Shown in pieces: positions 19,619 to 28,347 of a stretch of DNA of 64,000 nt; the stretch's first letter is position 1, and every line of letters starts with the position of its first letter. This DNA is from a virus. Location: IMG/VR virus record IMGVR_UViG_3300035438_001058, positions 21,209 through 85,208 of that record; one strand, written 5' to 3'. The notes below the pieces were generated by a model. It did no database searches, was not told the DNA's origin, and saw only the letters and a program-made list of their open reading frames with translations. The translations under genes were made by a program, and so were the position numbers.

Positions 19619-20306
19619 TTTTATATAATTTTTTGGGGGTTGTCCCCCGTTTAACATATACCCCAATAGACGCGGAGTGCATACGTGCCGTATTAACTAC
19701 GGACGTAATGTCTACGTCTACTTGGAGCATTGCTCCGATCTTAACACCTGAATCAAACAGGTGCCCTATCCCAACTTTTATTGGGATGATTTTGCCTGAG
19801 TTCCGGTGTAGCGCGTTTTTTTTACGAATCATTGGCATTGCTGCCATCTGATCGTTCGCGCTTTTTAATGAGTTCAGTATTGTGGGGCGTCCGAACCCCT
19901 TATCGTAGACCAGCTTATAGCCGATCTTGAGGGTTACGAACTGATACCCCCCGGACAGGGCGAAATCTTCCCCGAACCCAGCCTCGATTGAGGCGGATAG
20001 GTACTGAAGTGCCGACTTAGAGGTCGACACTTCTGCCCGCAAGAATGCGGGGAAGGTTTCGTAATACGCTTCCGCATTCACCCCGAAAGATGGGGCGAAT
20101 ATGAAGCGTTTTAGCGACTTTTTGTAGTCGCTGAGCTGGATATTTTTGTCCTCCAGATAGGACACCAGATCGGTATTTTCATACCGGATCTTGGGGCTCA
20201 AGACCCCGAAGCCTGCAGACAAACCGTAGTCGATTTGCTGGGCGTACGTAGCGGTGGTAAGAAGCAGGAGGAAAACTATCCCCCTGCCCTTGATTTTGTT
20301 ATGCAT
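19608..20306 (-). CDS. Secreted putative outer-membrane beta-barrel protein
   Basis: Signal ending TYA-Q; YGLSAGFG, LKIGY, ASIGVYV strand patterns. Confidence 0.55.
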   Translation of the reverse strand: MHNKIKGRGIVFLLLLTTATYAQQIDYGLSAGFGVLSPKIRYENTDLVSYLEDKNIQLSDYKKSLKRFIFAPSFGVNAEAYYETFPAFLRAEVSTSKSALQYLSASIEAGFGEDFALSGGYQFVTLKIGYKLVYDKGFGRPTILNSLKSANDQMAAMPMIRKKNALHRNSGKIIPIKVGIGHLFDSGVKIGAMLQVDVDITSVVNTARMHSASIGVYVKRGTTPKKLYKNDL

Positions 20307-20307
20307 T

Positions 20308-20982
20308 TTATAGCTTTGGTTGTACGACGAACCCAGTTTCGTCGTTGTGTTTGAAGAGCTCGAATGCTGGGTTCGAGATTTGTTTCCACTCCCTGCTGTA
20401 CGTCAGCAGGGAGTATAGTGAGCGTCCATTATGCGCCAGACTAGCTGGTATGTATATTAGGTCTGCTGTCAACCTCCCTTGTGTGAGCGATCCCCAACCT
20501 ACACCGCTACCAGTGAAGTGGATGTTGCATCGCAATTCCCCCGACTCGTATATGTACCCAATACGGTCATTATCCTGCGAATTGTTTGCCCAGAGGGTAT
20601 ATTCCTTTGTTGCTCTGATTACCTCTTTGTCACCAATACCCCACATTTTCATGGAGTCAGCACAAGAGCGCGACACCTTTGCACAGGTCTCGGTAAGCGA
20701 CATAAAATATGTCGCCTTGGTTTCTAGCACTTGACTTTTAAACCAAGGCTGTGTGGACAACCACTTTGCCATTGTTGTGGCAGGAATGCTTAGTGTATGG
20801 GCTTTTTTGGGGTGCCAGATAGTGCACAAGTCACTTTTATTAGTGATGTGTACCCATCTGAGTTCATTGTCCTCCACAACACTCCAATCAAGAAGTTCAC
20901 ACTTCTCTTTTTCGGTTATGAAAAAACTAAAACCGTTGTAGGTGGGACAGACCCTTCGTTTACTTCCCAGGAATTTTTTCAT
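20308..20982 (-). CDS. Hypothetical protein
   Basis: ORF track. Confidence 0.6.
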   Translation of the reverse strand: MKKFLGSKRRVCPTYNGFSFFITEKEKCELLDWSVVEDNELRWVHITNKSDLCTIWHPKKAHTLSIPATTMAKWLSTQPWFKSQVLETKATYFMSLTETCAKVSRSCADSMKMWGIGDKEVIRATKEYTLWANNSQDNDRIGYIYESGELRCNIHFTGSGVGWGSLTQGRLTADLIYIPASLAHNGRSLYSLLTYSREWKQISNPAFELFKHNDETGFVVQPKL

Positions 20983-21013
20983 ACTTTGTTTTTTAGTTTA
21001 AAAGGTTAAAAAT

Positions 21014-21119
21014 CCCCAGGAATTGTGCTATAGTACTTGTGGCGGTTTCTAGTGAAACATTGACCATAGTTAGGCGGTTTCTAGTGAAACATTGACCAAG
21101 TAGTAGCACAACCCTGGGG
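21014..21119. repeat. Two exact 26-nt direct repeats nested in a long inverted repeat
   Basis: ggcggtttctagtgaaacattgacca at 21041-21066 and 21073-21098; outer arms ccccagg..ttgtgcta / tagcacaa..cctgggg. Confidence 0.85.
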
Positions 21120-21123
21120 TTGT

Positions 21124-21984
21124 TTATGCTTTGTAATGTGCTTGTGGTTGTTGCTCACCTTCTATGGTGATGAGTTTTTCGTAGCGGTCAAATGCCGCAT
21201 TGCACAATTGGGTGCGGTGATCTGGATGCACCCAGCAAGGTGCACTCAACACCACTGTTTTGTAGTGCAATCCCATCTCATAGTAGCCGTGGTGGCCACC
21301 ATTTAGCAGGTACTGGAGTTGGACGTTTGTAAACTCAGAGATGGTGGCGACCAGCTGGTCGAAATCTTGCAGCACTTTAGCGTGCTTTTGTTTAAACTCT
21401 TTCACTTCTGCGAGAGTTGCACTCTCAATGCTGCGCATTGATGTAAACGGCCCGCCAGCGTACTGCTGGGACCATAGCACCTTTGTGGTGCTATGGTTTT
21501 TGAATGCGGCAATAAGCCCGTCCATACCAGATGGACGTGGGTCTGCGATGAATTTTTTGACAGCCGTTCCAAGAATTTGCAATTCTTCGTTTTCTTTTGC
21601 CACTTTGGCCGCATAAGCCACCGCCTCAGCGGCGAGCCTTGCTCGATACGCCTTCGCATCCGCCACATCGGCCAGGATTTTTTCCAGGTTATTTGGCAAA
21701 CTTCTGGCCGATGCCCAGAAGTGGTATTCACGGCGGAAGTTCCGCCCTGAGATTAGTACCTGAACTACTTCAGGTAGCTCATTGAATTTTCGAGTATTCC
21801 ACTCGCTAGTCGTGATTCTAACTCCTTTAATGGTGAAATGAAAATCACTGCAAAATCGGTTAAATGTCACGGATAGGTGTCCTGCCGTGTACGTGAATCG
21901 GTCAAACTTGTTCTGATCGCTCATTTTTATATTTGAACTTTGGTTTGTTAGACCTTGGTAGTTAGCCCGTTCACTGATGTTCAA
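21124..21984 (-). CDS. Hypothetical early protein (start probably MSDQNK, near 21924)
   Basis: ORF track. Confidence 0.65.
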   Translation of the reverse strand: MNISERANYQGLTNQSSNIKMSDQNKFDRFTYTAGHLSVTFNRFCSDFHFTIKGVRITTSEWNTRKFNELPEVVQVLISGRNFRREYHFWASARSLPNNLEKILADVADAKAYRARLAAEAVAYAAKVAKENEELQILGTAVKKFIADPRPSGMDGLIAAFKNHSTTKVLWSQQYAGGPFTSMRSIESATLAEVKEFKQKHAKVLQDFDQLVATISEFTNVQLQYLLNGGHHGYYEMGLHYKTVVLSAPCWVHPDHRTQLCNAAFDRYEKLITIEGEQQPQAHYKA

Positions 21985-22122
21985 TCAGCATACCCCTTTT
22001 TCAGGGTTTTCCATAAATTTGCCTACTCTAGTTTACCCCTTTTCGGCTACCTGGGTAATGGTTACTGTGCTTGTAGAATGAGTGTCTACACTTAGCTGAC
22101 TACCTTAGTCAGAGCACTTTTT

Positions 22123-22398
22123 TTACTCGATTATATCCCCCCTTACATGGGACGATATTAGAATCCGCCCTAAAGCGGTTTTACTTGTCAGGATTAGAAC
22201 CTGATTGTCGCACCCGACCAGTGCGATACCTGTCGAGTCCTTACACAGGACGGTGACGGGTTTTACTAGTTTGGAGTAGGCCCGCGATTCACGAGCATTT
22301 ACAACGTCTTCCGCGGGGCGGTTGATGTCATCGTAATCCGCAACTTGCAGCGCAAAGGCTGCGAAGGCTGTGACTACTATAATTATGAAATATTTCAT
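22123..22398 (-). CDS. Small exported/membrane protein
   Basis: MKYFIIIVVTAFAAFA signal. Confidence 0.6.
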   Translation of the reverse strand: MKYFIIIVVTAFAAFALQVADYDDINRPAEDVVNARESRAYSKLVKPVTVLCKDSTGIALVGCDNQVLILTSKTALGRILISSHVRGDIIE

Positions 22399-22419
22399 AT
22401 TTAAATTTTTTAATATTTC

Positions 22420-22770
22420 TCAAAGGCCTCTATATCGAATTGGCCAATGATGAGAAAAGGTAATATCAAGGATTTCCCCCTTTCTAGGAAAAGGGGAACT
22501 AAAGAAGGTGTTAAAATCAAATCCCTCTATGAAGAGGTTGTCGGTAGCGGAGAGGATCTCAAGAACGCATTCGGCGTAATTGAGGGCACTAGCACGTCCC
22601 CAGGGGAAAGCAAAAACAAGGTATGTTTTATATCTTGTTTTGCGGATTGCGTACCCACTTGCGTGGCTTAACACCAATTTTCCCTTGTTGAAGCTAGGTA
22701 CTGTGTCTAAGTACCTAGCTTCCACTAATATGTCCTTCATTTTTTTATGGTTAAATTTCGCGTGGCTCAC
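22420..22770 (-). CDS. Hypothetical protein (TGA stop)
   Basis: ORF track. Confidence 0.5.
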   Translation of the reverse strand: MSHAKFNHKKMKDILVEARYLDTVPSFNKGKLVLSHASGYAIRKTRYKTYLVFAFPWGRASALNYAECVLEILSATDNLFIEGFDFNTFFSSPFPRKGEILDITFSHHWPIRYRGL

Positions 22771-23077
22771 TATGAGACAATATTTCTGGTACCCATTTTA
22801 GCCTACTACAAAGTCTATTGTGCAGCGTTCTGCACAATTCAGCTTCTGCCGGGGTTGCTGGGGCAAATTCCTCGCAAATTAATACGAGTTTTTTTATTCG
22901 GTCATTTGATAAATACCTAAAATAATAGGCATCGATAGGGATAAGGCAATCCTCGTCCGAGCAATGCCTCTCGTCGTCTATGTTATAGACGTATTCATCA
23001 ATAAGAGGGTTTTTAAAATTTGCGCAAACTCCTAGCGCTTTAGTTGACACTGTAAGCCTTGAAATGAAATGTCCCAT
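22751..23077 (-). CDS. Hypothetical protein
   Basis: ATG after A-rich leader. Confidence 0.55.
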   Translation of the reverse strand: MGHFISRLTVSTKALGVCANFKNPLIDEYVYNIDDERHCSDEDCLIPIDAYYFRYLSNDRIKKLVLICEEFAPATPAEAELCRTLHNRLCSRLKWVPEILSHSEPREI

Positions 23078-23181
23078 GATTTCGTTTTTTAATTTATTAA
23101 TTCATAGTTCGGCTATTTGCATTGGTTAGGTGCAAATATATTAAAATATAGACACAATGGGGTGGGAGGTTAGTTTTCTGG

Positions 23182-23694
23182 TTAGTTTTCTGGTTCTGTG
23201 ACGTTTTCTGGCTTCTCTTCTGGCTTCTCTTCTGGCTTCTCTTCTGGCTTCTCGATTGCACTCAAAGAAACCAATTGATTGTACAAAAAAGTATCCGACA
23301 TCGGATTGATGCAACTTACCGATATCCATTGTATCCGCGCATCTGCGGTTGAAACCTGGAATTTGCATTGTGCTGGCCCTGCATTTAGTTGCAAGGCAAC
23401 TTTCAAATGCATCTTGCACGTGTAAGGTATGTTGCCTACTAAAATTTCGGCAGTTCCTGTGCATTGCATCTTCTCTGAAGCAATGGTATATGTTTTGTCA
23501 TCGGCACCAACACGAGACTCGATACGAGACGTTGGTAGCCCGCTACATACGTAAGACTTCAGCGTCACCGCCTGTATCGGATCGTTCTGAACGAGCGCAA
23601 AAAGTTTTTGGTTTACAGAGCCACCACCGCCTGTTGGCGAAGTGATAGCCGCAAAAGCCGCCTTAACGGCTTCAAGTTTAGTTACCTGGAACAT
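23182..23694 (-). CDS. First gene of the leftward arm; C-terminal (KPEE)n tail
   Basis: 12-bp tandem repeat ttctggcttctc near 23205-23252. Confidence 0.65.
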   Translation of the reverse strand: MFQVTKLEAVKAAFAAITSPTGGGGSVNQKLFALVQNDPIQAVTLKSYVCSGLPTSRIESRVGADDKTYTIASEKMQCTGTAEILVGNIPYTCKMHLKVALQLNAGPAQCKFQVSTADARIQWISVSCINPMSDTFLYNQLVSLSAIEKPEEKPEEKPEEKPENVTEPEN

Positions 23695-23783
23695 AATTGA
23701 AATGATTTTATAATGTTAAAATGAAAAACGATATGAGTAACCCCCCACCCCATTTGTGCCAACAAAAGCGAAGCGGGGGTATG

Positions 23784-23955
23784 AAGTTGGGGGCCTAACT
23801 CTTTAACCCGAATATGTAAGTTTGACTCTTTAACACGAATATGTAAGTTGGGGGCCAAGCTCTTTAATAGACATATATATATATATATATATAAATGAAG
23901 GGGGGGGGTCTTTATATAAATGGGGGGGTATCTTTATTTTAAAGGGGGGCGTATT
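23784..23955. repeat. Repeat cluster at the divergence point
   Basis: actctttaac(c/a)cgaatatgtaagtt at 23798 and 23825, aagttgggggcc twice, (AT)n 23873-23892, three G-runs. Confidence 0.8.
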
Positions 23956-23970
23956 TAGTCACTAGAATAC

Positions 23971-24001
23971 TTGCTTTTTCTCTTTTAATGTCGTATCTTT
24001 G
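23971..24001 (+). promoter_or_regulatory. Bacteroidota housekeeping-sigma promoter
   Basis: TTG-N20-TAtcTTTG matches the -33/-7 (TAnnTTTG) consensus. Confidence 0.75.
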
Positions 24002-24014
24002 TAAGAAATGTTAT

Positions 24015-24236
24015 ATGGAAAAGATCAATCATCCCACTCACTATCAAGCTGGTAATGACACTTATGAGGTTATAAAGGTTATAGATGCGTGGGAATTAAA
24101 TTTCAGTTTAGGGAATGTAGTTAAGTATCTTTATAGGGCTGGTAAGAAGGATAATGTGTTAGAGGATCTGCAAAAAGCCCTCTGGTATCTACAAAATGAG
24201 ATAAAAAACACAGAAAATAAAGTTTTTTTAAAATAA
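24015..24236 (+). CDS. DUF3310 (SaV-like) protein
   Basis: INHPTHY...NFSLGNVVKYLYRAGKK...EDLQKALWYL; start moved downstream of the promoter. Confidence 0.85.
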   Translation: MEKINHPTHYQAGNDTYEVIKVIDAWELNFSLGNVVKYLYRAGKKDNVLEDLQKALWYLQNEIKNTENKVFLK

Positions 24237-24269
24237 ATGAAAATAAATTGAAAATAAATGACAAAAAAC

Positions 24270-24300
24270 TTGCATTTCGCATTTTAATGTTGTATCTTTG
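24270..24300 (+). promoter_or_regulatory. Second near-identical Bacteroidota promoter
   Basis: TTG-N20-TAtcTTTG sharing flanks with the first copy. Confidence 0.75.
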
Positions 24301-24304
24301 TACT

Positions 24305-24730
24305 TATTAACGAAGAAGCAATTCTTCCCTTGGAAACACCAATAGCAACCATCTCTGTCCGAAGAGATGTACGACCCTACGACACCACAGCAAGCACTGA
24401 CGTAGTCCTGGGTCCAGAAGTCGGATTGCCTACTAAGTTAGTTTAGGGAGTAGGTGCTTTTCTCCGATAGTTGCGCAAATGCGTATCATAAATGCGAGAA
24501 TTACTGTTGATTAATAAGTCGGAAAACTTATTTTTTGGGTCGCCCTTAATTGCGGAGCACTGGCAGTATATTAAGTAGGATTCGTAAACCCCGACCGGCT
24601 CTTTGAGGTAGAGAAGGTTCTTGTCAAAACTTTAAAAAGTGGAGGCAGGGCATTGCTATATCTTAATGTGAACTACATCATCAACCCCCTACCCCCTTCC
24701 AGGGGAGATTGATTTGAAAAAAATCAATCT
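24305..24730 (+). ncRNA. Candidate structured non-coding RNA or long leader
   Basis: No ORF in the track, promoter directly upstream, many nested complementary segments. Confidence 0.5.
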
Positions 24731-24744
24731 ATAAAATAGAAATT

Positions 24745-25110
24745 ATGATAAAGATTACAACTGATTCCAAACTAGTTTTCTTCCAAAAGATTCTGGCTGT
24801 TATATCTGCTCTGTCTCCAGAGGACAAGCAGCTATCTTCTTCGGAGTTAGATACTCTATCAAGGTTTCTAGCTCTTCCCCGTCAGTATGATTACTTTCCA
24901 TTTACGGCTAAAGCTAGGAAAGAGATATATAGGCAGTACACTCCTAATATGTCAGTGCAGATTGTTTCTGCTAGAGTTACTTCTCTGATATTAAAAGGTT
25001 ACCTTATAAGGGATGAAGATAATTTTGTAGATTTCTCCCCACAGATAAAGAAACTAAGGACACTAAATTCATTCGATGTTAAAATACAAGATTCACCCAC
25101 TAATAGCTAA
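24745..25110 (+). CDS. Hypothetical, possibly winged-HTH protein
   Basis: LSSSELDTL...VSARVTSLILKGYLIRD. Confidence 0.55.
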   Translation: MIKITTDSKLVFFQKILAVISALSPEDKQLSSSELDTLSRFLALPRQYDYFPFTAKARKEIYRQYTPNMSVQIVSARVTSLILKGYLIRDEDNFVDFSPQIKKLRTLNSFDVKIQDSPTNS

Positions 25111-25414
25111 GACAGCTGAAGACCTTAATATGCCTTTAGAGGTGGTAAGTTCAGTGGTATTACATGAGTTTGAAACCATAAAGAATAATATTGTTAATCC
25201 CATCTATCTAGGTTATAGGTTAGAGGATCTAGGTAAATTCTTCTTTAAAAGAAATCAGTATTATTCTGCGGCCTTTAGGTTGTTAATTAGGTATAGGAAA
25301 GGTACAGTTAATAAGGAATTGCTTCAGAAGTTTATTCAGATGAGGCATTTAGTTAATAAATATTATTTTTTACAAAAGTATAAACGCCGATTTGGAAGTT
25401 GGCACTGGAAATAA
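25076..25414 (+). CDS. HU/IHF-like protein
   Basis: LIAKTAEDLNMPLEVV...FETIK...RLEDLGKF pattern. Confidence 0.55.
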   Translation: MLKYKIHPLIAKTAEDLNMPLEVVSSVVLHEFETIKNNIVNPIYLGYRLEDLGKFFFKRNQYYSAAFRLLIRYRKGTVNKELLQKFIQMRHLVNKYYFLQKYKRRFGSWHWK

Positions 25415-25416
25415 AA

Positions 25417-25748
25417 TGAACAGGAAAATGACAAATAACGCTAATTCTCAGCACGCTCAACAAGCAGCTATGAATCACCAAATGCACACACACTCTATTA
25501 CCGTACTTACTGAGTTGTACAAGAATACGCCAATTGAATCTAATTTAAGGCCAGCACTTGAGGAGGCATTACTAGGATTGCTAGAGCCATTCTTACCTAG
25601 GTTAGCTGCTCCACCAACATTTCAATCAACACTTGAACCAACATTTCAATCAAAAAGTATTCAATCAGAAGGTATTCAATCAGAAGGTGTTGTCTTAGAC
25701 ACCTATAATCCAGATTACACTTATACAGAATCTAAAATTATTCAGTAA
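25417..25748 (+). CDS. Hypothetical protein (start approximate)
   Basis: Short internal repeats PTFQS and IQSEG; TAATG coupling to groES. Confidence 0.5.
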
Positions 25749-26113
25749 TGGTTTTAACTCAAGATAAAGTACTTATTCAGTTGGATGAACATCCAGATCA
25801 CACTGTGACAGAATCTAATATTTATATCCCACAGTTTATAAATGCTGAGTCAGATGGTGGGCGCCCAATGTCTATTCCTTCTAATCAGAAGTATCTAGCT
25901 TCAGGTGTTGTGGTTGATTTATCAGATGCGGCTAAAAAGAAGATGGAAGATAACAACACTCCTATTAAGAAAGGAGATAAAGTTTTCGTATCTACATCGG
26001 TAGTTAACCAAGGTTATCATTTTCAACTTAAGAGAGATTCTATAGTTTATGATTTTGATGGTCTAGTACTAATTCCAACTATATTAATAGAGGCAATATT
26101 AAATGAAAAATAA
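25748..26113 (+). CDS. groES: Co-chaperonin GroES-like
   Basis: DKVLI...TESNIYIP...GVVV...IKKGDKV. Confidence 0.75.
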   Translation: MVLTQDKVLIQLDEHPDHTVTESNIYIPQFINAESDGGRPMSIPSNQKYLASGVVVDLSDAAKKKMEDNNTPIKKGDKVFVSTSVVNQGYHFQLKRDSIVYDFDGLVLIPTILIEAILNEK

Positions 26114-26486
26114 ACAAAAACCTAATACTCCAAAATCAGAAGTATTAAAAACAATAGAAACCCCAATGGTAGAACAACATATTTTCGATAGTCTTAATAG
26201 CGAGCACTCAAAATTTAAGGAAGAAATATCTATTATTACGAGTGAGCTTGAGGCTGTTAAGAAAGAGAGAGAAGCCTTTCAAAATATAGCTAATACAGCG
26301 GCTTCTAAGTTGGTAAGTATTGAATCTGCTGTTACTCCTTTTCTTAATAGAAAGTTCAATGTTGTAACAGCTATATATCATTTAAAGGATGTGGTCGAAC
26401 TTATTAAACAGATTGTAGAAGCTGTTAAAGAATTCCGTGCTCAGTTTATGGCACCTAACGTTAAACCTGATGATTCTACTAAATAA
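26103..26486 (+). CDS. Coiled-coil hypothetical protein
   Basis: ORF track. Confidence 0.6.
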   Translation: MKNKQKPNTPKSEVLKTIETPMVEQHIFDSLNSEHSKFKEEISIITSELEAVKKEREAFQNIANTAASKLVSIESAVTPFLNRKFNVVTAIYHLKDVVELIKQIVEAVKEFRAQFMAPNVKPDDSTK

Positions 26487-26964
26487 TTTTGATCCTTTTC
26501 AAGATTTTTTTAATAGCAATCCACAATTAAAGATCTTATTTAAAGATTATTTAAAAGTTCCTTCTTCCCATATGTGAGGTCTATTTCTATATTCTCATCC
26601 AGACTCAAAGTTTTTTAATGAGTCTCCAGAAGATAGAAAAGACCTCATATTTAAGGATTATCTTAAGAAAGATAAGACATTTGATTGGGATAAATATGAG
26701 GAGCTATTAAAGAAGATTGAAGTCTCTGTTTTAACTAAAGCTCAAAGAGCCCTTATGAGATGGGAACAGACGTTACATGAACGGGATGATTTCATAGCTT
26801 CTATTCCTTATACTCTCGAGACTTTTGAGGCTAAGGATAAGATGATGGCGATTACCCCAAAGCTTTGAGATCAATATGAAGCTGTATTAGATAGGTTGAA
26901 TAAAGATCAAGGATCTACAATGGGGGACATAGAAGAGTCTCTATCAGAAAAAGGTATTATATAA
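26470..26964 (+). CDS. 164-aa protein hidden by two TGA=Trp codons (26575, 26866)
   Basis: MILLNNFDPF...SHM(W)GLFLYSHPDSKF...PKL(W)DQYE...SEKGII*; fills an otherwise empty 490-bp gap. Confidence 0.8.
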
Positions 26965-26974
26965 TAAGAAGATT

Positions 26975-27256
26975 ATGCATACAGTAAAAAACTTAGACAA
27001 TTTAGATGTTCAGTCAGACGTTAAAATGAGTCGTCTTCAAGCTAACGAACAGATAATTAATCTTATCACTGATTATATGAGAACTTATACGGACCAAAGG
27101 TTTGGGCAGATACTATATAATTTAGGTGTAGCTACACATTCCGTGTATCATACAATGCCGCAAGAAGGTGAAAGAGCTCAAGTTGGTTACAGAGATATAT
27201 TCTTTGAAGAATCTGCTGAGACATTAAAGAAATTAACAATAAAAGATGGGGATTAA
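26975..27256 (+). CDS. Hypothetical protein
   Basis: DQRFGQILYNLG, DIFFEES. Confidence 0.65.
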   Translation: MHTVKNLDNLDVQSDVKMSRLQANEQIINLITDYMRTYTDQRFGQILYNLGVATHSVYHTMPQEGERAQVGYRDIFFEESAETLKKLTIKDGD

Positions 27257-27269
27257 TTTCCCCTACATT

Positions 27270-27549
27270 GGGGGTGCCAGGTATTGATTGCACTCATAGG
27301 TTTGGTATTACTAGCAAGCAGTCTAAAGACTATAAATTTAAATAATCGACAATAATACTAATGACTTTGGTATCGGACTTCCGTCCTTTTCCACAGAAGC
27401 AGTTGCTCCTTCTGTTACTCAAGAGCAGCCAGTTTACCAGTACGCATAAGTTTACCACACTAATAGACTATAATATAGGTGTACAGAAGCTTGTAATTCT
27501 AGAATATTAAACGAGTCGTAAGACAGCGGTTCGAATCCGCTCACCTCCA
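27270..27549 (+). ncRNA. ssrA: Phage tmRNA
   Basis: Acceptor GGGGGTG/CACCTCC-A with G3:U, T arm AGCGG-TTCGAAT-CCGCT, internal tag frame 27348-27449. Confidence 0.85.
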
Positions 27550-27564
27550 CTAAAATTAATTATT

Positions 27565-27834
27565 ATGTTTATTTATGTTTATGGATTTCAAAATTTAGAC
27601 GGGAAGTCTAGTACAATAATCCCGTTAGCTATCCTCTCTAGCTCTATAACTGCTTTTAAAGAGTTTGTAGACGATAATACGCCAGAAAGAAAATCTTTAA
27701 TTGAGACAGATACAGGTATGTATTTTACCACGTCTTCTTTTGAAGAGTTAAAAGAAATGATTGATCCGGACACTGATTGGACAAGAGACGCCCCTGTTCC
27801 AGTAGAGCCTCTGCCTTTGAATATGGGACAATAA
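27565..27834 (+). CDS. Hypothetical protein between tmRNA and tRNA
   Basis: ORF track. Confidence 0.6.
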   Translation: MFIYVYGFQNLDGKSSTIIPLAILSSSITAFKEFVDDNTPERKSLIETDTGMYFTTSSFEELKEMIDPDTDWTRDAPVPVEPLPLNMGQ

Positions 27835-27891
27835 ATCGCTAACAGTCGTTAGGTCTCGCCCTCCATGTCGTAAGATGTGAGGGGGCAATTC

Positions 27892-27963
27892 GGGGATATG
27901 GGGTAATCGGTAACCGGGAAGTCTTCAAAACTTTAGTTGTCTGTTCGAGTCAGACTGTCCTCG
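27892..27963 (+). tRNA. Opal suppressor tRNA, anticodon UCA (probably Trp)
   Basis: Acceptor GGGGATA/TGTCCTC, G73; anticodon arm GAAGT-CT TCA AA-ACTTT (TCA 27925-27927); T arm GTCTG-TTCGAGT-CAGAC; short variable loop. Confidence 0.92.
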
Positions 27964-27980
27964 CCCACAAAATTTTTATT

Positions 27981-28346
27981 ATGGAAACTAAATCACTTAC
28001 GTCAATATTGACACTTTTTTTTCAACTGTCTAATGATCTTCATTGGCACCATTTAAATACCAAATCTTTTGCTGAACACAAAGCTTTGGAGTTTGCGTAT
28101 GAAAAGATATTAGGTTATAAGGATACAATTGCTGAACAACTTATTCCGTTCGAAGGTAAACTTACGACTATGAAGTTATTATCTATACCTTCCTCTAAAT
28201 GCGCAGAACTTCCTACTGATATTGTTATAGCTGCAGAAGCGCTCTGTGAGTTAGCTGAAGCTAAAGGCTACGATAATATAGAGAATTTATCGGAAGAGAT
28301 TATAGGGGTTGCAGCCAAACTTAAATATTTATTAAACTTAGTATAA
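27981..28346 (+). CDS. Ferritin/Dps-like four-helix protein (DUF5856-like)
   Basis: LHWHHLNTKSFAEHKAL..YE...D..AE, KLKYLL. Confidence 0.7.
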   Translation: METKSLTSILTLFFQLSNDLHWHHLNTKSFAEHKALEFAYEKILGYKDTIAEQLIPFEGKLTTMKLLSIPSSKCAELPTDIVIAAEALCELAEAKGYDNIENLSEEIIGVAAKLKYLLNLV

Positions 28347-28347
28347 T

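Noticed and set aside
21041-21098. Mini CRISPR array
   Set aside because: Only two repeats with a 6-nt gap and no cas genes in the window.
23133-23140. Leftward host promoter (TATATTTG on minus strand)
   Set aside because: The -7 box matches but the nearest TTG is only 14 nt away; too weak to list as a feature.
19-23645. Plus-strand ORFs in the left arm (and minus-strand ORFs in the right arm)
   Set aside because: Antisense shadows of motif-supported genes in strongly co-oriented arms.
27892-27963. tRNA-Sec and selenoprotein decoding
   Set aside because: Short variable arm and 7-bp acceptor; TGA sites fall at Trp-type, not Cys-type, positions.
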